Virus record (IMG/VR): IMGVR_UViG_3300045988_171958
Location: 224,001-288,000 of that record
DNA length: 64,000 nucleotides
DNA from: a virus
Reading direction: 5' to 3' (one strand)
Made by a program: the position numbers and the translations under genes. The notes beneath the pieces were generated by a model, which had not been told where the DNA came from, did not search any database, and saw only the letters and a program-made list of their open reading frames with translations. Numbering within the stretch: the first letter of the stretch is position 1; every line of letters begins with the position of its first letter. Positions 10,955 to 17,488 of this stretch are shown in pieces.

Positions 10955-11276
10955 TGGTAGTCAAGAGATCTCTGCTGAGAATGAATAAAGAATGAGAAGC
11001 TCATCATCATTAACATCTGGATAATCAACAGATTTATGTGAATACCTCTGTTGGTCGTATGTAAGAGGTTTAATTTGGACAAGACCAAGAATTACATAGA
11101 CAACTTTGCATGGGCACCGGAAAAAGATCGAGAGATAATTAATGATGAATAACAAAGTTATTTAAACAAACCGTCCTAATTTGTTTGGTAACAGGTTGTT
11201 ATTGTTGAATCATATCATTGAAGTAGCTAATCAATTGAAGAAGGGAACAGCAATTGAAATACCAAATCCCTTGTAT

Positions 11277-11361
11277 GGAAGTATGGGTGAGTGGTTTAAA
11301 CCAGCACACTGCTAACGTGCCGAACCTAAAGGTTCCGAAGGTTCGAATCCTTCTGCTTCCG
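11277..11361 (+). tRNA. trnS: tRNA-Ser (GCU), class II
   Basis: Acceptor GGAAGTA/TGCTTCC; anticodon loop CTGCTAA; long variable arm GAACC-TAAA-GGTTC; T arm GAAGG-TTCGAAT-CCTTC. Confidence 0.85.
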
Positions 11362-11377
11362 CGAGAAATTTATGATT

Positions 11378-11465
11378 GGAAGTTTGGTAGAGTTGGTTTA
11401 ATACATCAGTCTTGAAAACTGACGAACTGTAAAAAGTTCCGCAGGTTCGAATCCTGCAGCTTCCG
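11378..11465 (+). tRNA. trnS: tRNA-Ser (UGA), class II
   Basis: Acceptor GGAAGTT/AGCTTCC; anticodon arm TCAGT-CTTGAAA-ACTGA; long variable arm; T arm GCAGG-TTCGAAT-CCTGC. Confidence 0.85.
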
Positions 11466-11480
11466 CAAATGTATATATAA

Positions 11481-11551
11481 CTGCCATTGTCCGAGTGGTT
11501 AGGTGTAGGTCCGCAAAATCTACAACATTGGTTCGAATCCAATATGGCAGT
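11481..11551 (+). tRNA. trnC: tRNA-Cys (GCA)
   Basis: Acceptor CTGCCAT/ATGGCAG; anticodon arm TAGGT-CCGCAAA-ATCTA (C instead of U at position 33); T arm ATTGG-TTCGAAT-CCAAT; short D stem. Confidence 0.7.
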
Positions 11552-11763
11552 CATTACATACAAGAACCAATAATGACATTGAAGTTCATTGAAAGAGATT
11601 GATACGTCGAGTGGACACCATATTCGCGATATAATGTTGCTCTCCTCAAATAGAAATATTAAGTGGATATATGCTGCAGTAAATATACCCAGTATAAGTT
11701 TTCTATGTTGTCTATAGATATCGATGGCTAAAAGGTCTATAGAAACTCTCGTTCTTGTATTTT

Positions 11764-11838
11764 GGTTCAATAGCTCAGTTGGTTTAGAGCGTCTGTTTTA
11801 CAAGCAGAAGGTCCAAAGTTCGAATCTTTGTTGAACCA
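11764..11838 (+). tRNA. trnV: tRNA-Val (UAC)
   Basis: Acceptor GGTTCAA/TTGAACC; anticodon arm TCTGT-TTTACAA-GCAGA; T arm CAAAG-TTCGAAT-CTTTG. Confidence 0.9.
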
Positions 11839-11911
11839 CATAATAAACCGGAGAACTAGCAGTGCCGTGAGAATAAGATCCGATTGCAAAGTCAACCCGG
11901 TTATAGTATAT

Positions 11912-11984
11912 GCAGATGTAGCTCAATGGTTAGAGTGCTTCCTTGCCATGGAAGAAGTTGTGAGTTCGATCCTCATCATCTGCT
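11912..11984 (+). tRNA. trnG: tRNA-Gly (GCC)
   Basis: Acceptor GCAGATG/CATCTGC; anticodon arm CTTCC-TTGCCAT-GGAAG; T arm GTGAG-TTCGATC-CTCAT. Confidence 0.9.
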
Positions 11985-11994
11985 CAATATATAT

Positions 11995-12072
11995 GCATCA
12001 GTGGTGTAGTTGGTGGTGCACATCTGGCTTCCAACCAGAAGGCTTTCGCGAGTTCGAATCTCGTCTGATGCT
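11995..12072 (+). tRNA. trnG: tRNA-Gly (UCC) with 8-nt variable loop
   Basis: Acceptor GCATCAG/CTGATGC; anticodon arm TCTGG-CTTCCAA-CCAGA; T arm GCGAG-TTCGAAT-CTCGT. The variable region AGGCTTTC is 3 nt longer than class I norms. Confidence 0.75.
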
Positions 12073-12079
12073 CTAATAT

Positions 12080-12167
12080 CTAGGTGTACTCTAATTGGTC
12101 AGAGCCTTGATTTGGGATCAAGTGGATACTGATAAAGTGGATGCAGGTTCGAGTCCTGTCACCTAGA
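12080..12167 (+). tRNA. trnP: tRNA-Pro (UGG) with anomalous 20-nt variable region
   Basis: Acceptor CTAGGTG/CACCTAG; D arm CTCT-AATTGGTC-AGAG; anticodon arm CTTGA-TTTGGGA-TCAAG; T arm GCAGG-TTCGAGT-CCTGT. TGGATACTGATAAAGTGGAT lies between the anticodon and T arms. Confidence 0.65.
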
Positions 12168-12173
12168 CTATAT

Positions 12174-12250
12174 ACACCGATCAGTCAATTGGTTTAGGCT
12201 AGCAGTCTCCAAAATTGCTAATATTGGTTCGATTCCAGTTCGGTGTGCCA
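12174..12250 (+). tRNA. trnW: tRNA-Trp (CCA); CCA end encoded
   Basis: Acceptor ACACCGA/TCGGTGT; anticodon arm GCAGT-CTCCAAA-ATTGC; T arm ATTGG-TTCGATT-CCAGT; 3' GCCA. Confidence 0.85.
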
Positions 12251-12277
12251 GTGTTTAATTTTAAATGTTGTTAATAT

Positions 12278-12682
12278 ATGAGTAACATGAGAAATAGAGC
12301 TTGGAGAAGAAAGAAGACTGAATCAAAATGGAATTCTCGTTGTAAGAAGTTCATGTTTGATAGTATTTTTAGAGATGGTGATAAAGAATATTCATTCAAC
12401 ATAAGTGAAGGTAATGGCAAGAAAATCAGACGTACAATAATGATTCCTAATTTGAGAAGACCAACTTCATGGAAAGAAATGAAGAAACTTGATCCGTGGG
12501 CTAGGTTTTTGAAGAATGGTTCTGGATATCGTACTTATATATCAGACCAGATGGATGCTAAGCGAAAAGTTAAGTTGCAACGTATCAACAACAAGAAACT
12601 TATCAATGAAGGAATTCAGGAATATGATGACATATATGATGAAACTTTAGAAGATAATTTCTATCTTAATAATGTAGCATAA
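12278..12682 (+). CDS. Small basic protein of unknown function embedded in the tRNA array (134 aa)
   Basis: ATG-initiated ORF MSNMRNRAWRRKKTESKWNSRCKK... with an Arg/Lys-rich N-terminal two-thirds and an acidic C-terminal tail. It exactly fills the gap between tRNA-Trp and tRNA-His. Confidence 0.7.
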   Translation: MSNMRNRAWRRKKTESKWNSRCKKFMFDSIFRDGDKEYSFNISEGNGKKIRRTIMIPNLRRPTSWKEMKKLDPWARFLKNGSGYRTYISDQMDAKRKVKLQRINNKKLINEGIQEYDDIYDETLEDNFYLNNVA

Positions 12683-12693
12683 ATTATGTACAT

Positions 12694-12765
12694 GGGTTCT
12701 TTCGTTCAATGGTAGGACAGGAGGTTGTGGTTCTCCTTATTAGAGTTCGATTCTCTAAGGAACCC
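12694..12765 (+). tRNA. trnH: tRNA-His (GUG) with encoded G-1
   Basis: Extra 5' G (12694) opposite discriminator C; acceptor GGTTCTT/AGGAACC; anticodon arm GGAGG-TTGTGGT-TCTCC; T arm TAGAG-TTCGATT-CTCTA. Confidence 0.85.
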
Positions 12766-13149
12766 CAAACGTGATCAGAATATACTGGTGATTGGACAAA
12801 AACAATGTAGCTGAGAAGAGTAATGCAATAATACGCGTAAATAATTGCATGAAACATATAATAAGCGCGGATGAAAAAAGCCTTACCTATGGCCGCCTCC
12901 CTACATTTGTATTTTGAATGTCAATGAAACAATAAGTATAAGGTTTGGTAACGCTTATTAAATTAATTGGTTCATTCAAGTTCACTATGCAGTCTGGGCT
13001 TTATAGAGCCTTGTAGTTTAAAGCATCGTAAAACATTCTGGTTATAAGAGAATATATCACCCAAGCGAATTGTCATGAGATTCGTACACCTGCTTAAGAT
13101 GGTTGAATTATGTGGGAAGTAATTCTATAAAATAGGGCATGCCCACAAT

Positions 13150-13223
13150 GGCGTAATAGCTCAGTTGATTAGAGCGCATCATTCATGCTGATGAGGTCGT
13201 TGGTTTGAGTCCATCTTACGCCA
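13150..13223 (+). tRNA. trnM: tRNA with CAU anticodon (Met; Ile-lysidine type not excluded)
   Basis: Acceptor GGCGTAA/TTACGCC; anticodon arm CATCA-TTCATGC-TGATG; T arm GTTGG-TTTGAGT-CCATC. Confidence 0.8.
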
Positions 13224-13303
13224 CAGCTTAAACGGACCGAACTTAGTCTTTTATGCATCTTTTCTCTAGGGTAAGGTGTTAAACACCAAAAGAAAAGGCA
13301 CCA

Positions 13304-13386
13304 GGGAATATGCTGTAATTGGTAGCCAGGCCAGACTTAGGATCTGGTGCTTCAATAGCGTGTGGGTTCGAGTCCCACTATTCCCA
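13304..13386 (+). tRNA. trnL: tRNA-Leu (UAG), class II
   Basis: Acceptor GGGAATA/TATTCCC; anticodon arm CCAGA-CTTAGGA-TCTGG; variable arm with GCT-TCAAT-AGC; T arm GTGGG-TTCGAGT-CCCAC. Confidence 0.85.
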
Positions 13387-13649
13387 CAATCGTTGAAGTA
13401 ATGTAGTTTATGAAAGTCTAACATTAGTAATGGAAACCTAATGGCCCTCTATGTTATCCTAAAGAGAATAAAGTACGATTAGTAAATGAGTTATGGATCT
13501 GTTTAAACAGATCGCTTCAGAACTTCTAAAGAAGTCAGTAAGTTAGATGAAACCACCATAATATAATATCTGGATAACTATATGTATGGATAGGAATGAA
13601 GTTTTAGGTGCAGACACCGGTAGCGTCACCTTTTGTAATTCCTAGTATT

Positions 13650-13735
13650 GCTCCGATGTTGGAATTGGTAGACAAGATGGACTTAAAATCCATTGGTCAG
13701 TGATGACCGTACGGGTTCGATCCCCGTTCGGAGTA
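13650..13735 (+). tRNA. trnL: tRNA-Leu (UAA), class II
   Basis: Acceptor GCTCCGA/TCGGAGT; anticodon arm ATGGA-CTTAAAA-TCCAT; long variable arm GGTCA-GTGA-TGACC; T arm ACGGG-TTCGATC-CCCGT. Confidence 0.85.
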
Positions 13736-13913
13736 CAAATTGATAGCAATCCTGAATAGAGAAGGAAGAAAGACGAGTTATGAAGGTAAGTATGCTTAAA
13801 GCTGCACGTATAATGCAGTGCATACCAAGGATAAATAACTAAAACACACCATATAAACTCTACACGAAGGTCTGATGCAGGAAGTGCGCACTTGCTATCA
13901 ATTTATTTTTATT

Positions 13914-13997
13914 GCTTTCATGGCGGAATTGGTAGACGCAACTGTCTCAAAAACAGCTGATAGAAATATCATGAAGGTTCGAGTCCTTCTGGAAGTA
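13914..13997 (+). tRNA. trnL: tRNA-Leu (CAA), class II
   Basis: Acceptor GCTTTCA/TGGAAGT; anticodon loop CTCAAAA; variable arm GATA-GAAA-TATC; T arm GAAGG-TTCGAGT-CCTTC. Confidence 0.85.
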
Positions 13998-14031
13998 CTT
14001 ATTATTCAATTAAACAATTATTTTATTTTAC

Positions 14032-15033
14032 ATGAGATTACCTTTGGTGCCACTTTCAGAATGGGTATTGAATAGACAGAATGAATTTGAATTAAAATTA
14101 TTTGAATCATTCAGACAAGAATTCAATATAAGAGACAATGAAGAATTTAATATTTGTGAAAGATATGGGTCTTATGATGGACAAATGAAATTCTGTAGAG
14201 ACTTTGCAACAATGTTGTCAGAAGACATACAAGACAATCTTAATATGACTGATTTTAGATATGACTTAAATAAAGAAGAAATTAAAGATTATTATAAAGG
14301 ATTGTTTTTTGACAATATTCACTTGATATGTAATACAATGTGTCAGACAGGATATCAAGCAAGAAAATCTGAATATAATCCAAAAACCCTTACATTTAAA
14401 GATGTATATATCTATATAAACATCAAGGAATACAATAAAGAAAAGGACATTACTGTTGCACTTACTCATGAGCTTACACATGCTTATGATGATTGGAACA
14501 GACACTCAAAAGAAGGAGTTGAAACATTACTTGATATTGAGAAAAACACAGGATATGATAAATTAATTGATAAGATAAAGTCAAGTGATTTCAATGAAAA
14601 GATTGCATCTGAAATGATTTATACATTCACTTCAGTAGAAAAGAATGCTTACATGTCAGAATTGACCGCTGAAATAGAAAGTATAGGGGAAAAAATCAAA
14701 GATTATACATATATGGATGCGTTAAAAATATTTAAGAATTCAGATACATGGAAAAGATTCAATCAATTCAAAGAATATTTTATGTTGATGAATAATGAAG
14801 AAAAGAAAGTATTGTGTGATGTATACAGAGAAATAAAGAAATCAAGCAATACAGACAATAAGATATTAAAACAATTGAAATATGATATACAAGAAACATT
14901 TGATAAGATGTGTACTATCATACCAAAGATTTACTATTATTACAAAGAAAAGTATTCAAATAAAGAAATAAAGAAAGAAAAAGTAAGTGAATCAAGATTA
15001 AATAGAATAAAGAAAAGATTTAACATAATTTAA
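14032..15033 (+). CDS. Putative Zn-metallopeptidase-like protein (HExxH) inside the tRNA array (333 aa)
   Basis: ALTHELTHAYDDW contains HELTH (aa 146-150, nt 14467-14481), a zincin-type HExxH motif. The rest is K/E-rich and helical, with no further family assignment. Confidence 0.5.
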   Translation: MRLPLVPLSEWVLNRQNEFELKLFESFRQEFNIRDNEEFNICERYGSYDGQMKFCRDFATMLSEDIQDNLNMTDFRYDLNKEEIKDYYKGLFFDNIHLICNTMCQTGYQARKSEYNPKTLTFKDVYIYINIKEYNKEKDITVALTHELTHAYDDWNRHSKEGVETLLDIEKNTGYDKLIDKIKSSDFNEKIASEMIYTFTSVEKNAYMSELTAEIESIGEKIKDYTYMDALKIFKNSDTWKRFNQFKEYFMLMNNEEKKVLCDVYREIKKSSNTDNKILKQLKYDIQETFDKMCTIIPKIYYYYKEKYSNKEIKKEKVSESRLNRIKKRFNII

Positions 15034-15096
15034 CTAAATAATATTGTCCACTTTACTATTTATATATTATATTTAAATGAATAAATGAATAAAACA

Positions 15097-15210
15097 ATGA
15101 GAACTATCACAAATACATATTATCAAATAATTGATGAACAGGCCATTGATAATCAACGAATGGTTTGCTCTTGTTTTGGTATATGTGAAAGTGATGAGAT
15201 TGACTTTTAA
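15097..15210 (+). CDS. Possible small ORF (37 aa, MRTITNTYYQIIDEQAIDNQRMVCSCFGICESDEIDF)
   Basis: Below the ORF-track cutoff. Its 5' end ATGAGAACTAT is shared with the small ORF at 19033, and a hairpin follows it. Confidence 0.25.
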   Translation: MRTITNTYYQIIDEQAIDNQRMVCSCFGICESDEIDF

Positions 15211-15253
15211 ATACGTCCTCCACTGTTTAAACATTCAACAATACAATCAAGAC

Positions 15254-15281
15254 AAGAGCAATACAGAAATGTGTTGCTCTT
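15254..15281 (+). terminator. Hairpin AAGAGCAA-(12 nt)-TTGCTCTT followed by TGTTGATTT
   Basis: 8-bp stem read directly; the loop is large, so this is a weak terminator call. Confidence 0.3.
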
Positions 15282-15380
15282 TGTTGATTTAGCTTCAGCT
15301 GTACTGAAGCATGAAGTACTAAAAAAGTTGATAAAAAATGAAAATTTTTTGAAAGATCTTTGAAATACTGATAAATCAAA

Positions 15381-15397
15381 TCTATATTATATATGTA
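15381..15397 (+). promoter_or_regulatory. Promoter-like motif TCTATATTATATATGTA
   Basis: Identical over 17 nt to the 10519-10535 copy; 38 nt upstream of the ATG at 15435. Confidence 0.5.
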
Positions 15398-15434
15398 AGT
15401 TATATAAAATATCACATTTAAAATTATAATTATT

Positions 15435-15656
15435 ATGACAAGATTAGAATCAAACATTAAGATATTGAATATTATAAAGCAACTTGCCTATATGTTTCCA
15501 GATATGAGATTCATTCAGTTGCTTACAACTGTTGATGCAATTCTTGGTACTGATCAGTTCTATGAGGAATCGGAAGTTACATTGAATAGAATCAAAGAGA
15601 AAATTGAATATCAACAAAGAAGATATGGTAAGTTGACTGATATTGATATTAATTAG
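15435..15656 (+). CDS. Hypothetical protein (73 aa) in the tRNA array
   Basis: ATG ORF preceded by the promoter motif and followed 12 nt later by tRNA-Glu. Confidence 0.6.
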   Translation: MTRLESNIKILNIIKQLAYMFPDMRFIQLLTTVDAILGTDQFYEESEVTLNRIKEKIEYQQRRYGKLTDIDIN

Positions 15657-15667
15657 ATAATATAAAT

Positions 15668-15741
15668 GGCGCGTTCGACAAGTGGCCTAAGTCGCCAGTT
15701 TTTCACGCTGGTATTCACCGGTTCGAATCCGGTACGCGCTA
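15668..15741 (+). tRNA. trnE: tRNA-Glu (UUC)
   Basis: Acceptor GGCGCGT/ACGCGCT; 3-bp D stem GAC/GTC with AAGTGGCCTAA loop (as in E. coli tRNA-Glu); anticodon arm CCAGT-TTTTCAC-GCTGG; T arm ACCGG-TTCGAAT-CCGGT. Confidence 0.85.
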
Positions 15742-15752
15742 CGATAAATATT

Positions 15753-15835
15753 GGGTAGATAGATAAGTGGTTAAAATGGTTTGACTGTAAATCAAATGGC
15801 TTCGGCCTTCGGGAGTTCGAATCTCTCTCTGCCCA
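15753..15835 (+). tRNA. trnY: tRNA-Tyr (GUA), class II
   Basis: Acceptor GGGTAGA/TCTGCCC; anticodon loop CTGTAAA; variable arm GGC-TTCG-GCC; T arm GGGAG-TTCGAAT-CTCTC. Confidence 0.85.
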
Positions 15836-15984
15836 CCGGGTCAAAAGAGCAAATGATAATCATGACAAAGTGATGTGTGAACAATTTAGATATAATCAAC
15901 GCTTTACGTTGCTTGCAACTAAAGTTATTGTGAAAGCCACATAGGAGATTGATGTGCAGCTAACTGAGACTTTAATCAGTATTT

Positions 15985-16061
15985 GGAGTATTAAGCCCTG
16001 TTGGTAAGGGAACTAGACTGTCACTCTAGTAAAACTAAGGGTTCGAGTCCCTTATGCTCCG
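15985..16061 (+). tRNA. trnD: tRNA-Asp (GUC), 7-nt variable loop
   Basis: Acceptor GGAGTAT/ATGCTCC; anticodon arm CTAGA-CTGTCAC-TCTAG; T arm AAGGG-TTCGAGT-CCCTT. Confidence 0.8.
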
Positions 16062-16070
16062 CAAATAGAT

Positions 16071-16142
16071 TGGACTATGGTGTAACTGGAAACACTACAG
16101 ATTTTGGTTCTGTCATTCGGAGTTCGAACCTCCGTGGTCCAA
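16071..16142 (+). tRNA. trnQ: tRNA-Gln (UUG)
   Basis: Acceptor TGGACTA/TGGTCCA; anticodon arm ACAGA-TTTTGGT-TCTGT; T arm CGGAG-TTCGAAC-CTCCG. Confidence 0.85.
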
Positions 16143-16148
16143 CAATTT

Positions 16149-16259
16149 AGGTGGTTATATCAGTTGGTTAACTTAGTTCTTGAACAGAACATAAGTGATG
16201 TTCATTAGATAGCTTGCCTGATAAGCAAGAGGTCATAGGTTCAAGTCCTATATCACCTA
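16149..16259 (+). tRNA. trnI: tRNA-Ile (GAU) interrupted by a 37-nt hairpin insertion in the D-loop
   Basis: Acceptor AGGTGGT/ATCACCT; D stem TATC (16158-61) pairs with GATA (16208-11); anticodon arm CTTGC-CTGATAA-GCAAG; T arm ATAGG-TTCAAGT-CCTAT. After the canonical AGTTGGTTA, the D-loop carries ACTTAGTTCTTGAACAGAACATAAGTGATGTTCATTA (16171-16207). Confidence 0.7.
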
Positions 16260-16289
16260 CAAGATTCTTTGAAATTTTGGATATAGTTA

Positions 16290-16308
16290 TTCTATATTTA
16301 ATATAAAT
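16290..16308 (+). promoter_or_regulatory. Internal promoter-like motif TTCTATATTTAATATAAAT
   Basis: Core TTCTATATT lies 5 nt upstream of tRNA-Ile(UAU) and the nuclease gene. Confidence 0.4.
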
Positions 16309-16312
16309 AAAT

Positions 16313-16386
16313 ACTCCAGTAACTCAGTTGGTTAGAGTGCTCGGCTTATACCCAAGTGGTCGGGGGTTCAAGTCCCTCCTGGAGTA
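16313..16386 (+). tRNA. trnI: tRNA-Ile (UAU)
   Basis: Acceptor ACTCCAG/CTGGAGT; D arm ACTC-AGTTGGTTA-GAGT; anticodon arm CTCGG-CTTATAC-CCAAG (one C/A mismatch); T arm GGGGG-TTCAAGT-CCCTC. Confidence 0.75.
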
Positions 16387-16397
16387 CTATTAAATGT

Positions 16398-17021
16398 ATG
16401 GATTTAATAAAAAGTTATGCAAGTAAATGTTGTACAGGGCAAAAGAAAATAGCTTATTGTGTAGATTGTGGGAAAGAACTTATAATTTATAAAAGAGCTT
16501 CTTCAAAAACTTGTAGATGTGATAATTGCAGAAAAAACCGCATTAGACAAAAAAGACTACAATATAGATTAAATTTTTTAAATAATGATTATGAAATTCA
16601 TTTTGGTAGAAAATATTCAAAAGAAAGCTGGCTAGCATTACATAATGGTGGTTGTAAAGGAATACAACATCAAGGTGATTTAAGACGTAGTAAAAATGAA
16701 ATAGAATTTTGTAAATTATGTGAAGAATATTTTAATAATGTTAAACATAATGAATGTATATTTAATGGATGGGATGCAGATATAATAATAGAAGATATAA
16801 AATTCGCGGTATTATGGAATGGTCCATGGCATTATAAACAAATTACGAAATCTCATTCAGTTAAGCAAATACAAAATAGGGATAAAATAAAGATAAAAGA
16901 AATTAAAGAATCTGGTTGGACACCTTATATTATAAAAGATATGGGTAAGGCAAATAAAGATTTTGTTAAAGAAAAATTTGATGAATTCTTGAAATATTTA
17001 AAAGAAAATACTATTATTTAA
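16398..17021 (+). CDS. Zn-ribbon + PD-(D/E)xK (Vsr/DUF559-like) nuclease, probable homing endonuclease (207 aa)
   Basis: The track ORF starts at GTG 16356 inside tRNA-Ile(UAU); the first ATG after the tRNA is 16398 (MDLIKSY). N-terminal CVDCG...CRCDNC; C-terminal SKNEIEF...GWDADIIIEDIKFAVLWNGPWHY...RDKIKIKEIKESGWTPYIIKD matches the E...D...ExK Vsr/DUF559 pattern. Confidence 0.55.
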   Translation: MDLIKSYASKCCTGQKKIAYCVDCGKELIIYKRASSKTCRCDNCRKNRIRQKRLQYRLNFLNNDYEIHFGRKYSKESWLALHNGGCKGIQHQGDLRRSKNEIEFCKLCEEYFNNVKHNECIFNGWDADIIIEDIKFAVLWNGPWHYKQITKSHSVKQIQNRDKIKIKEIKESGWTPYIIKDMGKANKDFVKEKFDEFLKYLKENTII

Positions 17022-17037
17022 ATAGTTAATTATATAT

Positions 17038-17119
17038 CGTGGGTGAGTGAAACGGATATTTATAAATCACGTCGGTCTCATAAGCCGTACAATAGTGGGT
17101 TCGACTCCCACACCCATCA
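17038..17119 (+). tRNA. trnM: Second CAU-anticodon tRNA (Met, possibly initiator-like) with enlarged D-loop
   Basis: Anticodon loop CTCATAA; T arm GTGGG-TTCGACT-CCCAC; acceptor CGTGGGT/ACCCATC with unpaired 1:72 (C/C); D stem GTGA/TCAC encloses a 16-nt loop. The 5' boundary is uncertain. Confidence 0.5.
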
Positions 17120-17143
17120 CTAACAAAGAAATTCTAAACTTAA

Positions 17144-17216
17144 GGATCGATAGCTCAGTTGGTAGAGCAACTTGCTGTTAACAAGAAGGTCGTCAGTTCG
17201 AATCTGGCTCGGTCCG
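17144..17216 (+). tRNA. trnN: tRNA-Asn (GUU)
   Basis: Acceptor GGATCGA/TCGGTCC; anticodon loop CTGTTAA; T arm GTCAG-TTCGAAT-CTGGC. Confidence 0.9.
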
Positions 17217-17413
17217 CAAACGGCAACGATTATTTAGAGGCGGCTTAACTGCTACTCGAATGTGATATGGGTTGGATAATCACCAACATGGTCAAGGACA
17301 TGCACACTTCTTGATATTGACGCGACAAAACAAGATGAAGCCTAATATTACGGTGAAAGTCGAACTCTTTCTTGAATTCATCCTCTTTGTCAATTGATAG
17401 AATCCTTGAATTT

Positions 17414-17488
17414 GGGGTCAATAGCTCAGTTGACTAGAGCACTTGATTTGCATTCAAAAGGTCCAGGGTTTGAATCCCTGTGGCTCCA
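17414..17488 (+). tRNA. trnA: tRNA-Ala (UGC)
   Basis: Acceptor GGGGTCA/TGGCTCC (two G-U pairs); 3-nt instead of 2-nt linker before D stem GCTC; anticodon loop TTTGCAT; T arm CAGGG-TTTGAAT-CCCTG. Confidence 0.8.

Noticed and set aside
10858-12076. ORF-track entries 10858-11088(-), 10961-11155(-), 11312-11770(-) and 11828-12076(+); also 13875-14075(+) and 15653-15844(-)
   Set aside because: They run through or antisense to well-folded tRNA genes. Their translations contain tRNA-derived strings and they have no independent signals.
12766-13149. tmRNA, RNase P RNA or a group I intron in the large tRNA-array spacers
   Set aside because: There is no tRNA-Ala-like acceptor/T-arm terminus, no tag reading frame ending in a hydrophobic-Ala-Ala stop, and no recognisable P4-P6 / P3-P9 core. 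Kept only as generic ncRNA candidates.
16356-16397. N-terminal extensions created by alternative start codons in the ORF track: 16356 GTG, 26787 TTG, 29065 GTG, 28632 TTG, 35367, 54599 TTG
   Set aside because: The extensions overlap a tRNA, a promoter motif, the GC-rich hairpin element or the upstream gene. In each case an ATG follows directly after that feature.
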